Of a stretch of 64,000 nt of DNA, positions 1 to 8,217 are shown in pieces. Source of the stretch: Parcubacteria bacterium C7867-006 (GTDB lineage Bacteria; Patescibacteriota; Minisyncoccia; Phycocordibacterales; DATDWN01); the NCBI GenBank assembly GCA_001189155.1, contig LFCP01000004.1, positions 133,618-197,617 of the forward strand. The letters run 5' to 3'. The notes below the pieces were generated by a model. The model was given only the letters and a program-made list of their open reading frames with translations. It did no database searches and had not been told where the DNA came from. The position numbers were made by a program, and so were the translations under genes. Within the stretch, counting starts at the first letter, position 1. Every line of letters begins with the position of its first letter.

Positions 1-1550
1 CTGTTCCAATGAATGGAAGCATTTTCTTTGCGATATTCCAAACCTTCATGTGTGGTCCAAACGAGACACCTTATTACGGTGATTATCCATCAGATTATTT
101 TGACTTTATTATTATAGATGAATGCCATCGTGGCGGTGCGAATGATGAATCTAACTGGCGTGGCATATTGGAGTATTTTTCTTCTGCCGTTCAACTAGGT
201 CTTACTGCTACCCCAAAAAGAAAAGACAATGTCGATACATACAAATATTTCGGTGATCCAGTTTATATTTACTCCCTGAAGGAAGGTATAAATGACGGGT
301 TCCTAACTCCTTTTAAAGTAAAAAGAGTTCAAACAACTCTAGATGAGTATATCTATACTTCAGATGATGAGATTGTTGAGGGCGAAGTTGAAGAAGGAAA
401 AATATATAAAGAGGACGACTTTGCTAGAGGAAATATAAAAATAATTGAAAGAGAGGAGTATAGGGTTAAGATTTTTTTGAAAGAAATAAACCAGAATGAA
501 AAAACTATCGTATTTTGTGCTACACAAGGTCATGCCTTGCTAGTTCGGGATTTGATAAATAGAAACAAAGAAAGTAAAGATACAAACTATTGCGTGCGGG
601 TTACAGCAAACGACGGTTTTCTTGGTGAACAATATCTTCGTGAGTTTCAAGATAACGAAAAGACTATTCCAACTATTCTAACCACTTCTCAAAAACTTTC
701 TACTGGTGTTGATGCTAGAAATATAAGGAATATTGTTTTGATGCGCCCCGTAAATTCAATGATTGAATTTAAACAGATCATAGGTCGTGGGACTCGTCTT
801 TTTGATGGTAAAGAGTATTTCACTATTATTGATTTTGTTGATGCCTATAAGAACTTTCTTGATCCTGAATGGGATGGTGAGCCAATTGATAAAACAACAG
901 AGCAAGGACCAATAGAACCTCCAGGACCTAGAGGACCAAGAGTTCCACCTCCTTTACCACCAGAGCCAATACAGAAACTCAAGATAAAATTGCGAGATGG
1001 TAAAGAAAGAGAAATTCAACACATGGTTAGAACATCTTTTTGGAGTGCAGATGGAAAACCAATTTCTGCTGAAGAATTTTTGCAAAACATGTTCGGAGTG
1101 TTACCTGAATTTTTTAAAGATGAGAAAGAACTTAGAGTAATTTGGTCAAATCCTCAAACAAGAAAAGTATTTCTCGATAAACTTGGAGAAATGGGTTTTG
1201 GCAAGGAACAATTAGAATCTGTACAAAAAATAATTAATGCTGAAAACAGTGACCTTTTTGATGTTCTTGGATATATCGCTTTCGCATTGCAACCAATTAC
1301 TCGCCTAGAAAGAATCCAAAATACTAAGTATGATATTTTTGATGGTTTAGACATTAAGCATAGAGAATTCATTGAGTTCGTACTTGCTAAATACCAAGAA
1401 AGAGGTGTTGAGGAGCTGGATGAGGAGAAATTACCTCAACTATTAAAGCTAAAGTATGACGCTATTTCTGATGCCGAGAAAAACTTGGGGAGCGTGGACA
1501 AAATACGGACAGCATTCTTCGATTTTCAAAAGTTACTTTATTCAAAATAA
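1..1550 (+). CDS. hsdR: Type I restriction enzyme R-subunit-like SF2 helicase, C-terminal part (5' end lies outside the window)
   Basis: The frame is open from the window edge. Helicase motif II is IIIDECHRG and motif III is LGLTATPKR; later motifs are TTSQKLSTGVDA and QIIGRGTR. A Pro-rich linker is followed by a tail (SDLFDVLGYIAFA..TRLER) that resembles the EcoEI-type R-subunit C-terminal domain. Confidence 0.75.
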   Translation, partial: VPMNGSIFFAIFQTFMCGPNETPYYGDYPSDYFDFIIIDECHRGGANDESNWRGILEYFSSAVQLGLTATPKRKDNVDTYKYFGDPVYIYSLKEGINDGFLTPFKVKRVQTTLDEYIYTSDDEIVEGEVEEGKIYKEDDFARGNIKIIEREEYRVKIFLKEINQNEKTIVFCATQGHALLVRDLINRNKESKDTNYCVRVTANDGFLGEQYLREFQDNEKTIPTILTTSQKLSTGVDARNIRNIVLMRPVNSMIEFKQIIGRGTRLFDGKEYFTIIDFVDAYKNFLDPEWDGEPIDKTTEQGPIEPPGPRGPRVPPPLPPEPIQKLKIKLRDGKEREIQHMVRTSFWSADGKPISAEEFLQNMFGVLPEFFKDEKELRVIWSNPQTRKVFLDKLGEMGFGKEQLESVQKIINAENSDLFDVLGYIAFALQPITRLERIQNTKYDIFDGLDIKHREFIEFVLAKYQERGVEELDEEKLPQLLKLKYDAISDAEKNLGSVDKIRTAFFDFQKLLYSK

Positions 1551-1562
1551 TTTATTATTTTT

Positions 1563-2504
1563 ATGACACTATTTAAAAATCAAAATGAAAAGATCAGTAT
1601 AGTTAAGGATATGCCTTTTTCTTTGGAAAAAGACCTTCAAAAACTTACGGAAAAAAATATCAGGGAGATATTCGGATTAGAATTTGTTTCAAGTGAGTTT
1701 CAGCATAATGATTTAAGAATAGATACGTTAGCTTTTGATAGAAACCTAAACACTTTTGTTGTTCTTGAGTATAAAAGAGAAAAGAGTTTTAGTGTTATAG
1801 ATCAGGGATTTGCCTATCTATCGCTAATACTAAACAATCAAGCTGAATTTGTCTTGGAATTTAATAAAAAATTTGAAGAAAAAAGAGGAAAGGCAGATTT
1901 TGATTGGTCACAAATGAGGGTACTATTTCTAACAAGATCGTTCACCCCGCATCAATTAGAGGCAATAAATTTTAAAGACCTACCTATTGAGCTTTGGGAA
2001 GTTACAAGATATGAAGGAGATTTAATTCAGTACTCTCAAGTCAAAAAATCTGGTGCAAAAGCTTCTATTGAAAGTTTAGGTATAAATAATAATGATGTCA
2101 AAAAAGTTTCTAGAGAAGTAAAAACCTATTCTGAAGAGGATTATTTAAATAGTAAACCTGACGGTGTTGGTAAAAAGATATTTGAGTTATTGAAAGAAAA
2201 AGTATTAGTTATAGATTCAAGTATAGTCATGAACCCAACAAAAAGTTATATTTCATTCCAATTGCCTAATAACTGGAGAAATATTTTTTACTGTCATGTG
2301 TATGGAAGTAAGTTAAAAATTGATTTCACTAGATCAGAGCCAAAAGATTTTAATGATCCTGAAAAGAAAGTGTTTTACAATGAAAACAGTGTTAAACACT
2401 ATAATCAGCATATATCATATATAGAAATAGATAACGAGAAAGGTTTGGATTATGGGTTGTATATAATACAGCAAGCATATGACAAGTTTATGAAAGAAAA
2501 TTAA
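1563..2504 (+). CDS. Hypothetical protein with an N-terminal NucS/DUF91-like PD-(D/E)XK nuclease motif and a DUF5655-like C-terminal half
   Basis: 313-aa ORF starting 12 nt after the R-subunit stop. RIDTLAFD...FVVLEYKREKS fits a D..E-x-K nuclease core. The C-terminal family assignment is from recollection only. Confidence 0.45.
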   Translation: MTLFKNQNEKISIVKDMPFSLEKDLQKLTEKNIREIFGLEFVSSEFQHNDLRIDTLAFDRNLNTFVVLEYKREKSFSVIDQGFAYLSLILNNQAEFVLEFNKKFEEKRGKADFDWSQMRVLFLTRSFTPHQLEAINFKDLPIELWEVTRYEGDLIQYSQVKKSGAKASIESLGINNNDVKKVSREVKTYSEEDYLNSKPDGVGKKIFELLKEKVLVIDSSIVMNPTKSYISFQLPNNWRNIFYCHVYGSKLKIDFTRSEPKDFNDPEKKVFYNENSVKHYNQHISYIEIDNEKGLDYGLYIIQQAYDKFMKEN

Positions 2505-2509
2505 AACTT

Positions 2510-3190
2510 ATGAAAACATTATATTTCGATATTGAAACATTGCCAGCAGATGAATCTTCATATAACAAGTTAAAATATCTTTTTGATAAAAAGAAAGAAA
2601 AGAAGTCTAAAGTCAAAAAGATAGAAGATGAGGAGATTGTTGATTCTAGTTCAAAAAGTCTTGATGATTTTATCAATAAAACAGGTTTAGATGGTGCGTT
2701 TGGTAGAGTTCTTTGTATTGCCTATGCTATTGATGATGGAGAGTTACAAGTTTTGTGTAATGACGGAAACGAAAAGAAAACCATAGAGGAATTCTGGGAT
2801 GTAGCAAAAGATTGTGATTTATTTGTTGGTCACAACATTATGTCTTTTGATTTTAAATTTATAATGCAACGATCTATTGTTTTAGGAGTCAAACCAACTT
2901 GGCAGACTCGAGAAATGAGATCTCCAAAGTATCTATCATTTGCAAGATATAGAAATAATCCAATATTCGACACTATGTGTGAGTGGGTTGCTTGGGGTGA
3001 GAATAAAAACTCATCACTAGAGCATGTTGCTCTAGCATTGGGAATTCCAACACCTAAAGATGGAGTTGATGGTTCAAAAGTAGCTGAGGTTTATAAAGAA
3101 GAAGGAGGTATTCAAAAAATTTGTGACTATTGTAAAAGAGATGTTGGTACTACTCGAGCTGTATACAAAAGAATGACTTTTGAAAATTAA
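2510..3190 (+). CDS. DEDD-type 3'-5' exonuclease, RNase H-like fold (PolB-exonuclease-like)
   Basis: Exo I is YFDIETLP, Exo II is GHNIMSFDFKF and Exo III is YCKRDV. The gene starts 5 nt after the upstream gene. Confidence 0.65.
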   Translation: MKTLYFDIETLPADESSYNKLKYLFDKKKEKKSKVKKIEDEEIVDSSSKSLDDFINKTGLDGAFGRVLCIAYAIDDGELQVLCNDGNEKKTIEEFWDVAKDCDLFVGHNIMSFDFKFIMQRSIVLGVKPTWQTREMRSPKYLSFARYRNNPIFDTMCEWVAWGENKNSSLEHVALALGIPTPKDGVDGSKVAEVYKEEGGIQKICDYCKRDVGTTRAVYKRMTFEN

Positions 3191-3236
3191 TTTAAGCCTA
3201 AAAATTTTCTATACTTTTCAAAATACTAGACCTACA

Positions 3237-3607
3237 AAAAACTGACGAGGAATTGCCTAGACACTAGTTTGTAGAATCTACAATCACAGCATCCCAAGCA
3301 ATTTGCTTGACACGAGATGCAGAATTTATAGCACCTTGCTTAGAAACATAAGCTTCTGAAGCAGCAACTTTTTCGCCGTTTCCAGCAACTAGTCGCCATC
3401 GGTAATAACCTGCCGTGTCTTTGTAAATAACAAATATTGTTTTGTTCATACAGTTTAATCTTGTTAACTCTAATAATGTTTAGGGACCGACCAGCGTAGA
3501 GCGCTCCCCGAATAAAAACCGAAATATTCAGTTTCTATTCGGGAGGTCTAGTGGCAGTGTGATCTAAACAAAAGAGAGGGGTCCAAGGTATATCCTCGTC
3601 AGTTTTT
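3237..3607. repeat. 15-bp perfect inverted repeat pair (3237-3251 aaaaactgacgagga; 3593-3607 tcctcgtcagttttt) bracketing the YegP-like gene and its leader
   Basis: The two arms are exact reverse complements, read directly from the sequence. Confidence 0.8.
3264..3449 (-). CDS. YegP/DUF1508 family small protein
   Basis: 61 aa. YYRWRLVAGNGEKVAASEAYVSKQGAINSASRVK matches the DUF1508 repeat pattern. Confidence 0.7.
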   Translation of the reverse strand: MNKTIFVIYKDTAGYYRWRLVAGNGEKVAASEAYVSKQGAINSASRVKQIAWDAVIVDSTN

Positions 3608-3700
3608 CAAAGGCCTGTTTTGATAGAATTTTACACCTTCCCTTTTATGGTGTCTACTGTGATCCGGACGGGGGGTAAAGTGTGAACTACTTGTTATTTT
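3470..3700 (-). other. Locally G+C-enriched structured non-coding region upstream of the YegP-like gene (candidate leader or ncRNA, unidentified)
   Basis: No ORF is present. Hairpin CTCCCCGAATA...TATTCGGGAG is enclosed by GGACC...GGTCC, and there is an ACACC...GGTGT hairpin. I could not find RNase P, SRP or tmRNA signature motifs. Confidence 0.25.
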
Positions 3701-3715
3701 TGTTAATATGGTCAC

Positions 3716-4357
3716 ATGAATACAATCTGGCTAGACAAAGTTTCTGAAAATATTTTCCCTTTGAGTTTGGAGCAAAAAGATATCAAGAAGGCTCTTACAG
3801 AATGGATATATGAAGGTAATTTTTACGATCTAGAAACTCCCTCAGAACTGTGTCAGCTTTGTAATCATCCTGACATTCGATATCAGTTTGAAATTCGAAA
3901 TAAAAATACCAGCAGTACTTTATTAATTGGTTCAGAATGTGTAACTAGATTTGGCGGTATTGTTGTGGTTGATGGGCAAGGAAATACAGTGGAAATAAAA
4001 GAAGCTAAGAAAAGAGTAGCAAAAGATAAAAACAAACTTATAAGAGATGCTGAAACAAAAAGTGTCATCAATACTCTTGTTACTTTAGGATCCTACGACC
4101 ACGAGTTCGACATCTCAAACTTTTTAAAATATTACCAAGAAAGAATGGCTTTCACACCTAATCAATTATCAACTATTCTTTGGAGAATAGAGAAGCATAA
4201 AGTTTACTTCAATAAGTCTCATTTTAAATTAACAATAAAAAGAGAGAGGGAGAAACAACAGCTTTTGAATATGGAAGATTGGAAACTAAAAAAGCTATTT
4301 CCTTGTCTATCGTCATCTCAAAAGAAATTCATTCAAGACGCTACTAATAATAAATAG
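3716..4357 (+). CDS. Hypothetical protein with a Cys-x2-Cys ... Cys putative zinc-binding motif
   Basis: 213-aa ORF containing CQLCNHPDIRYQFE...IGSECV. No family recognised. Confidence 0.45.
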   Translation: MNTIWLDKVSENIFPLSLEQKDIKKALTEWIYEGNFYDLETPSELCQLCNHPDIRYQFEIRNKNTSSTLLIGSECVTRFGGIVVVDGQGNTVEIKEAKKRVAKDKNKLIRDAETKSVINTLVTLGSYDHEFDISNFLKYYQERMAFTPNQLSTILWRIEKHKVYFNKSHFKLTIKREREKQQLLNMEDWKLKKLFPCLSSSQKKFIQDATNNK

Positions 4358-4398
4358 TCGTGTTTAGCTTTTTTAAGAAAAAAAGAAATTTTGTTGCC

Positions 4399-5085
4399 AT
4401 GAAGCTGGTTATAACTGATCATCTAAAGCAACTAGAAGAAAAAAGGACTTCTATCCCTGAAGATGTTTTTGATGTCACTAGGTTTTCTTTAGAAGAACTA
4501 CTGAGCACATTTGAGTCGATGGATACTTTGATTAAGAAAACTGACTACGAAGGTTGCATTAAGTTATCTAGGTCCATACTCGAAAATTCTGTAAACCTTA
4601 GATATATCTACAAAGAGGATACCGAAAAACGTGCTAAAAACTTTAAATTGAAATCAGTAAAGGAACTCTCAAGAAAGTTTGATTCTTTGGAAGAACGTAC
4701 ACCTGAGGCAAAAGAGATGAATGACTACTTTCAGGAGCTTCTTAAGGATTACACGCCTGAGAAAAATATACGTGAAAAATTCAAAGCCGTTAATTCTGAC
4801 GCTACATACATAAGATCATATAGGCGACTTTCGGAATTCATTCACCCTGCATATCGCCCAAAGAAAATAGATTTTAATGAAAACAGACCGTATGTTCTGG
4901 AAATGAAAAGAACTGTTAGATCAGATACATGCATTGTGGCTCTAATGGCTCTAGAAGTGGTTTGTCTTAAATATGACTTGGATGGAGGAATCGTTATGGT
5001 TGATGAACCGGGCTACATAGGAAAGGTATTTTTTGCCACAAACCCAAAGAAAGCATCGGAGGATGTAAAAGACCTTAAATTCTAG
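4399..5085 (+). CDS. Hypothetical helical protein
   Basis: The ORF track starts at GTG 4360. ATG 4399 (MKLVITD) is the more conservative start. No family recognised. Confidence 0.45.
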   Translation: MKLVITDHLKQLEEKRTSIPEDVFDVTRFSLEELLSTFESMDTLIKKTDYEGCIKLSRSILENSVNLRYIYKEDTEKRAKNFKLKSVKELSRKFDSLEERTPEAKEMNDYFQELLKDYTPEKNIREKFKAVNSDATYIRSYRRLSEFIHPAYRPKKIDFNENRPYVLEMKRTVRSDTCIVALMALEVVCLKYDLDGGIVMVDEPGYIGKVFFATNPKKASEDVKDLKF

Positions 5086-5234
5086 ATACCCAAAGTAGTG
5101 TCGCATTTGTCGCTTTTGACCTATTCCGAAGAGGGTCAAAATGATAAGATAAAAGTAATCAAAAAAGCCTTGTGGGGCTTGATGGGTAAATATACGAGAC
5201 CGAGGAGGCCAGCCCTGAAAGCAATATTGATAAC

Positions 5235-5266
5235 AAAAAATCACAGATGCAAATCTGGGATTTTTT
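5235..5266 (+). terminator. Hairpin plus T-run (AAAAAATCaCAGAT-gca-AATCTGgGATTTTTT)
   Basis: Imperfect 13-bp stem followed by TTTTTTG. It lies 150 nt after the previous stop. Confidence 0.5.
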
Positions 5267-5280
5267 GTTATTATGGGGTT

Positions 5281-5913
5281 ATGAAAATTACTAAACTAGG
5301 ACACTGTTGTTTACTCATAGAAACCAAAGGTAAAATAATTCTTACTGACCCAGGGAGTTATACCGTAGAAGCTCATTCTACTCTCGAAAATATTGACTAC
5401 ATTCTGTTTACACACGAGCACCAAGATCATTATCATATCGACTCTTTGAAAGTCATTATCAGAAACAACCCGAATGCTCTAGTATTTTCAAATAGTTCCG
5501 TGAGTGAACTATTAACTCAAGAAGGAATACCACACACTAAAATCAATCATGATCAGGATTTTGACCTAGGAGGTGTTCCAGTTCTAGGTTTTGGAGAGAA
5601 GCATGCACAGATGCATAGCTCAATTCCACCCTCATCAAATCTTGGATTTTTTATTGATAACAAACTCTGGTACCCAGGTGATGCATTCACTAACCCAGAA
5701 CGACCAGTTGAAGTTTTAGCCCTTCCCGTCTCTGGACCTTGGATGAAACTTAGTGAAGCTATTGATTATGCTCTTTTACTCAAACCAAAATTAGCTTTTC
5801 CCGTACATGACGGCACAAGATTTGGTTCTGCTCATGTTCTTCCTGGTAAGGTTCTTACTCAAAATGGAATTGAATTTGTTGTTATGATAGAAGGTGATGC
5901 TAAAGAATTCTAA
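5281..5913 (+). CDS. MBL-fold metallo-hydrolase
   Basis: Contains the HEHQDHYH (HxHxDH) motif. The start was moved to ATG 5281 (MKITKLGHCC), preceded by TGtTATTAT and 6 nt. The upstream GTG extension in the ORF track has no support. Confidence 0.8.
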   Translation: MKITKLGHCCLLIETKGKIILTDPGSYTVEAHSTLENIDYILFTHEHQDHYHIDSLKVIIRNNPNALVFSNSSVSELLTQEGIPHTKINHDQDFDLGGVPVLGFGEKHAQMHSSIPPSSNLGFFIDNKLWYPGDAFTNPERPVEVLALPVSGPWMKLSEAIDYALLLKPKLAFPVHDGTRFGSAHVLPGKVLTQNGIEFVVMIEGDAKEF

Positions 5914-5914
5914 T

Positions 5915-6244
5915 ATGAAATACCTCAAATTCGCCCCACACCTCGTCGAAAAAATCCTAATTGGAGAAAAAGTTTCTACCTGGAGACTTTTTGATGACAA
6001 AGACCTAACTCTCGGCGACGAATTAGCATTCATCAATAAAGAAACTAGCGAAGAGTTCGGTACAGCAAAAATTACTGAACTAAAAATAAAAACTTTAGGC
6101 ACAGTGACTGACGAAGACTACTTTGGTCAAGAAAAGTATCCATCGGATGAAGAAATGTACAAAAACCTTCGAAAATATTATGGAGATAATGTTAGTGAAA
6201 ATACCGAAGTGAAGATAATAAATTTTGATTTCAAACCAATATAA
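5915..6244 (+). CDS. ASCH domain protein
   Basis: The N-terminus FAPHLVEKILIGEKVSTWR is typical of ASCH. ATG 5915 lies 1 nt after the MBL stop. Confidence 0.6.
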   Translation: MKYLKFAPHLVEKILIGEKVSTWRLFDDKDLTLGDELAFINKETSEEFGTAKITELKIKTLGTVTDEDYFGQEKYPSDEEMYKNLRKYYGDNVSENTEVKIINFDFKPI

Positions 6245-6247
6245 ATC

Positions 6248-6730
6248 ATGCTCCCAATCCCCCTCACAGAAAAATATCTCGAGGCAGCAGTCAAAATGGT
6301 GGATGAAGTTTTTCCTCAAGACCTTGATGCAATCTGGAACCCAGAGAAATCTCTACCACTCAGTCTGCGACCTCAAAGCGAATTGAAGCAAGATGTGTTT
6401 GTTGACTATTGGATTGTACTTAACGACAATGATGAAATTATTGGAGTAACCGGTATGTACAGACTCAAAGAAGATCCGGAAGATGTTGTTTGGTTAGGTT
6501 GGTACTGCATTCGAGCAGACCAGAGAGGCAGAGGACTTGGACGAGAACTGTTGAACTGGACGATCGACAAAGCAAAAGAGAGAGGATTCAAGAAAATGAA
6601 ACTATACACGTCTACAGACCCAAACGAAGCGGCAGCACAAATACTATACGACAAACTTGATTTCAAAATAATTGGAGAAGATGAGGGTGACGGCATTCAT
6701 AAGACATTATATCGACAGAAGTTGTTATAA
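6248..6730 (+). CDS. GNAT family N-acetyltransferase
   Basis: Acetyl-CoA binding motif QRGRGLGRELL, 160 aa. Confidence 0.8.
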   Translation: MLPIPLTEKYLEAAVKMVDEVFPQDLDAIWNPEKSLPLSLRPQSELKQDVFVDYWIVLNDNDEIIGVTGMYRLKEDPEDVVWLGWYCIRADQRGRGLGRELLNWTIDKAKERGFKKMKLYTSTDPNEAAAQILYDKLDFKIIGEDEGDGIHKTLYRQKLL

Positions 6731-6753
6731 TTAAATTAGCCATGCCCTCCCCT

Positions 6754-6787
6754 AAAAAACGATAGGCCCGTCCGAAGACGGGCCTAT
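6754..6787 (-). terminator. GC-rich hairpin ATAGGCCCGTC-CGAA-GACGGGCCTAT with a T-run on the minus strand
   Basis: 11-bp perfect stem. The minus-strand reading is followed by TTTTTT. It sits 18 nt after the stop of ORF 6805-7188. Confidence 0.75.
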
Positions 6788-6804
6788 TTAGTGCCGACTA
6801 ACTG

Positions 6805-7188
6805 CTACGTGAGAAGGCGCAAGAGCTTCCTCAAACCATCGCGAAACCTCCTGCGAGTCATCCGGTCGACCGAGGTGAGTTCCTCGGGAAGTATCGTTCC
6901 GCTCACCCTCGACGAAAACGAAAAACCATGAATCCCCAGGAACCGTTCAACAGCAATGATCACTGAACGACGACACGAGCCAAGGAGTGGGTAGACCTCG
7001 ATGATCATCTTCACCTCATCCTTGGTCAGACCCTTTGCGACTCGGTAGGGACTGAAGAACATGTGAAGCACTCCAGCCTCCTTCTTGGAGAGCCGATAGC
7101 GCTTCCTGTAGCGATCCAGAACACCGTCTTGCGCGTTCCGGAGTCTTGCTTCCGAAAATTTCTTCAACTTGATCACTCGCTCCTCCAT
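6805..7188 (-). CDS. GC-rich ORFan (second gene of a two-gene cassette)
   Basis: 127 aa. Its ATG lies 1 nt after the TAG of the upstream ORF (translational coupling). The composition is far more G+C-rich than the flanks. No family recognised. Confidence 0.55.
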   Translation of the reverse strand: MEERVIKLKKFSEARLRNAQDGVLDRYRKRYRLSKKEAGVLHMFFSPYRVAKGLTKDEVKMIIEVYPLLGSCRRSVIIAVERFLGIHGFSFSSRVSGTILPEELTSVDRMTRRRFRDGLRKLLRLLT

Positions 7189-7189
7189 T

Positions 7190-7540
7190 CTAGCTCTGAA
7201 TCTGCCCGACTTCAGCAGCCATGGCCTCCTCGTGTTTCCTCATCTCATCGGCTGCTGCTCGGAAGAACACCTTCAGGCCATCAGGATCCTTCTCCTCGCG
7301 AATCTCATCAGCAACCCAGGAGAGATCGCTCGACGAAAGCCCGAGATCCGGCAGAGCAGTCTTTCCGCTCTTCAGGATTTCTCTAGCTTTCTCGAAACGT
7401 TCCCTTCTCGCATGTAATTCACGACGAGCCAGCCTGAGACCTCCGGGAAGGAACTCGTTCAGGTAGGTGCGCACGGCCTTGCCCACACACATGTGAGCCA
7501 CTCCGCGAAGCAACTCATCTGTTAGTTGGTTGTCGCTCAT
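7190..7540 (-). CDS. GC-rich ORFan (first gene of a two-gene cassette)
   Basis: 116 aa. A G-rich SD-like CCGGGGG lies 7 nt upstream of the ATG, with an AT-rich TTGATT-N17-ATAGTT promoter-like sequence further upstream. Line 7201-7260 is 36/60 G+C. Confidence 0.55.
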   Translation of the reverse strand: MSDNQLTDELLRGVAHMCVGKAVRTYLNEFLPGGLRLARRELHARRERFEKAREILKSGKTALPDLGLSSSDLSWVADEIREEKDPDGLKVFFRAAADEMRKHEEAMAAEVGQIQS

Positions 7541-7639
7541 TTGGTACCCCCGGACACAACTATATAATTATCAAAACATAAATCAAGTATTAATTTAACC
7601 TTGATTTCAAATCACTCTGAATAAGTTATAATACCTCCT

Positions 7640-8200
7640 ATGCAAACATCAATCATTATCCATGGTATGCCATCAAAACAGGAATACCTGAACCCCGAGT
7701 TCCCTTCTGCATCAAATGCACATTGGTTCCCTTGGATACAAAAACAACTAACAATTAAAGGTATTTTGGCTCAAACTCCAGAAATGCCAGAGCCATATGA
7801 CCCTGACTATAAAAAATGGAGTGAGGTTTTTGAACAATTCAAATTAAATCAAGACACAATACTCATCGGACATAGTTGTGGAGGTGGATTTCTTGTTAGA
7901 TGGCTTGGCGAACACAAGGTAAAAGTCGGAAGGGTCGTGCTTGTTGCACCATGGATAGATCCTAAACACGAATACCCTAAAATGTTTGACTTTGAAGCGG
8001 GAGATATTTCTGACAGAGCTGACAGCGTGCATCTGTTTATATCTTCGGATGATGATAAAGAAGAGCTAGATTCAGCTGAAATTTTAAAAGCTAAAATTTC
8101 AAATCTTAAAGTACATCATTTCAACGACAAAGGTCATTTTATAACAGACCACATGAAGACTAATGAGTTTCCAGAATTGCTCGAGATCGTTTTAAGTTAA
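7640..8200 (+). CDS. Alpha/beta serine hydrolase, RBBP9/YdeN-like
   Basis: 186 aa. The nucleophile elbow is GHSCGG. The gene is preceded by TATAAT (7627-7632) and 7 nt. Confidence 0.65.
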   Translation: MQTSIIIHGMPSKQEYLNPEFPSASNAHWFPWIQKQLTIKGILAQTPEMPEPYDPDYKKWSEVFEQFKLNQDTILIGHSCGGGFLVRWLGEHKVKVGRVVLVAPWIDPKHEYPKMFDFEAGDISDRADSVHLFISSDDDKEELDSAEILKAKISNLKVHHFNDKGHFITDHMKTNEFPELLEIVLS

Positions 8201-8202
8201 CT

Positions 8203-8211
8203 TGCTATAAT
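8203..8211 (+). promoter_or_regulatory. Extended -10 (TGcTATAAT) 6 nt upstream of ATG 8218; implies a leaderless mRNA
   Basis: Read directly from the sequence. There is no SD between the -10 and the ATG. Confidence 0.55.
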
Positions 8212-8217
8212 ACCCTA

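Noticed and set aside
3470-3700. Possible RNase P, SRP or 6S RNA in the structured GC-enriched region.
   Set aside because: I could not find GAGGAAAGTCC or AGGGTGAAA-type RNase P blocks, or the SRP helix-8 GGAA/AGCA motif, on either strand. The region is kept only as an unidentified structured region.
5098-5280. N-terminal extensions suggested by the ORF track: 5098 for the MBL gene, 26704 for murB, 36065 for the cysteine desulfurase, 40657 for the PG-binding protein, 47608 for a pilin, 44557 for the SLT protein, 11619 for GT2, and 14264, 30686 and 55639 for GC-rich ORFs.
   Set aside because: Internal ATGs align with the conserved N-termini or signal peptides and carry the expected -10 or SD context. 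The extensions overlap neighbouring genes or promoters.
7063-7466. Three plus-strand ORFs antisense to the GC-rich operon. Similar antisense ORFs occur at 43620-45869, 11770-12431, 13776-14180, 20180-20515, 28386-28664 and 55424-55618.
   Set aside because: Long antisense ORFs are expected in G+C-rich DNA because stop codons are scarce. The chosen strands are the ones with SD, promoter and terminator signals.
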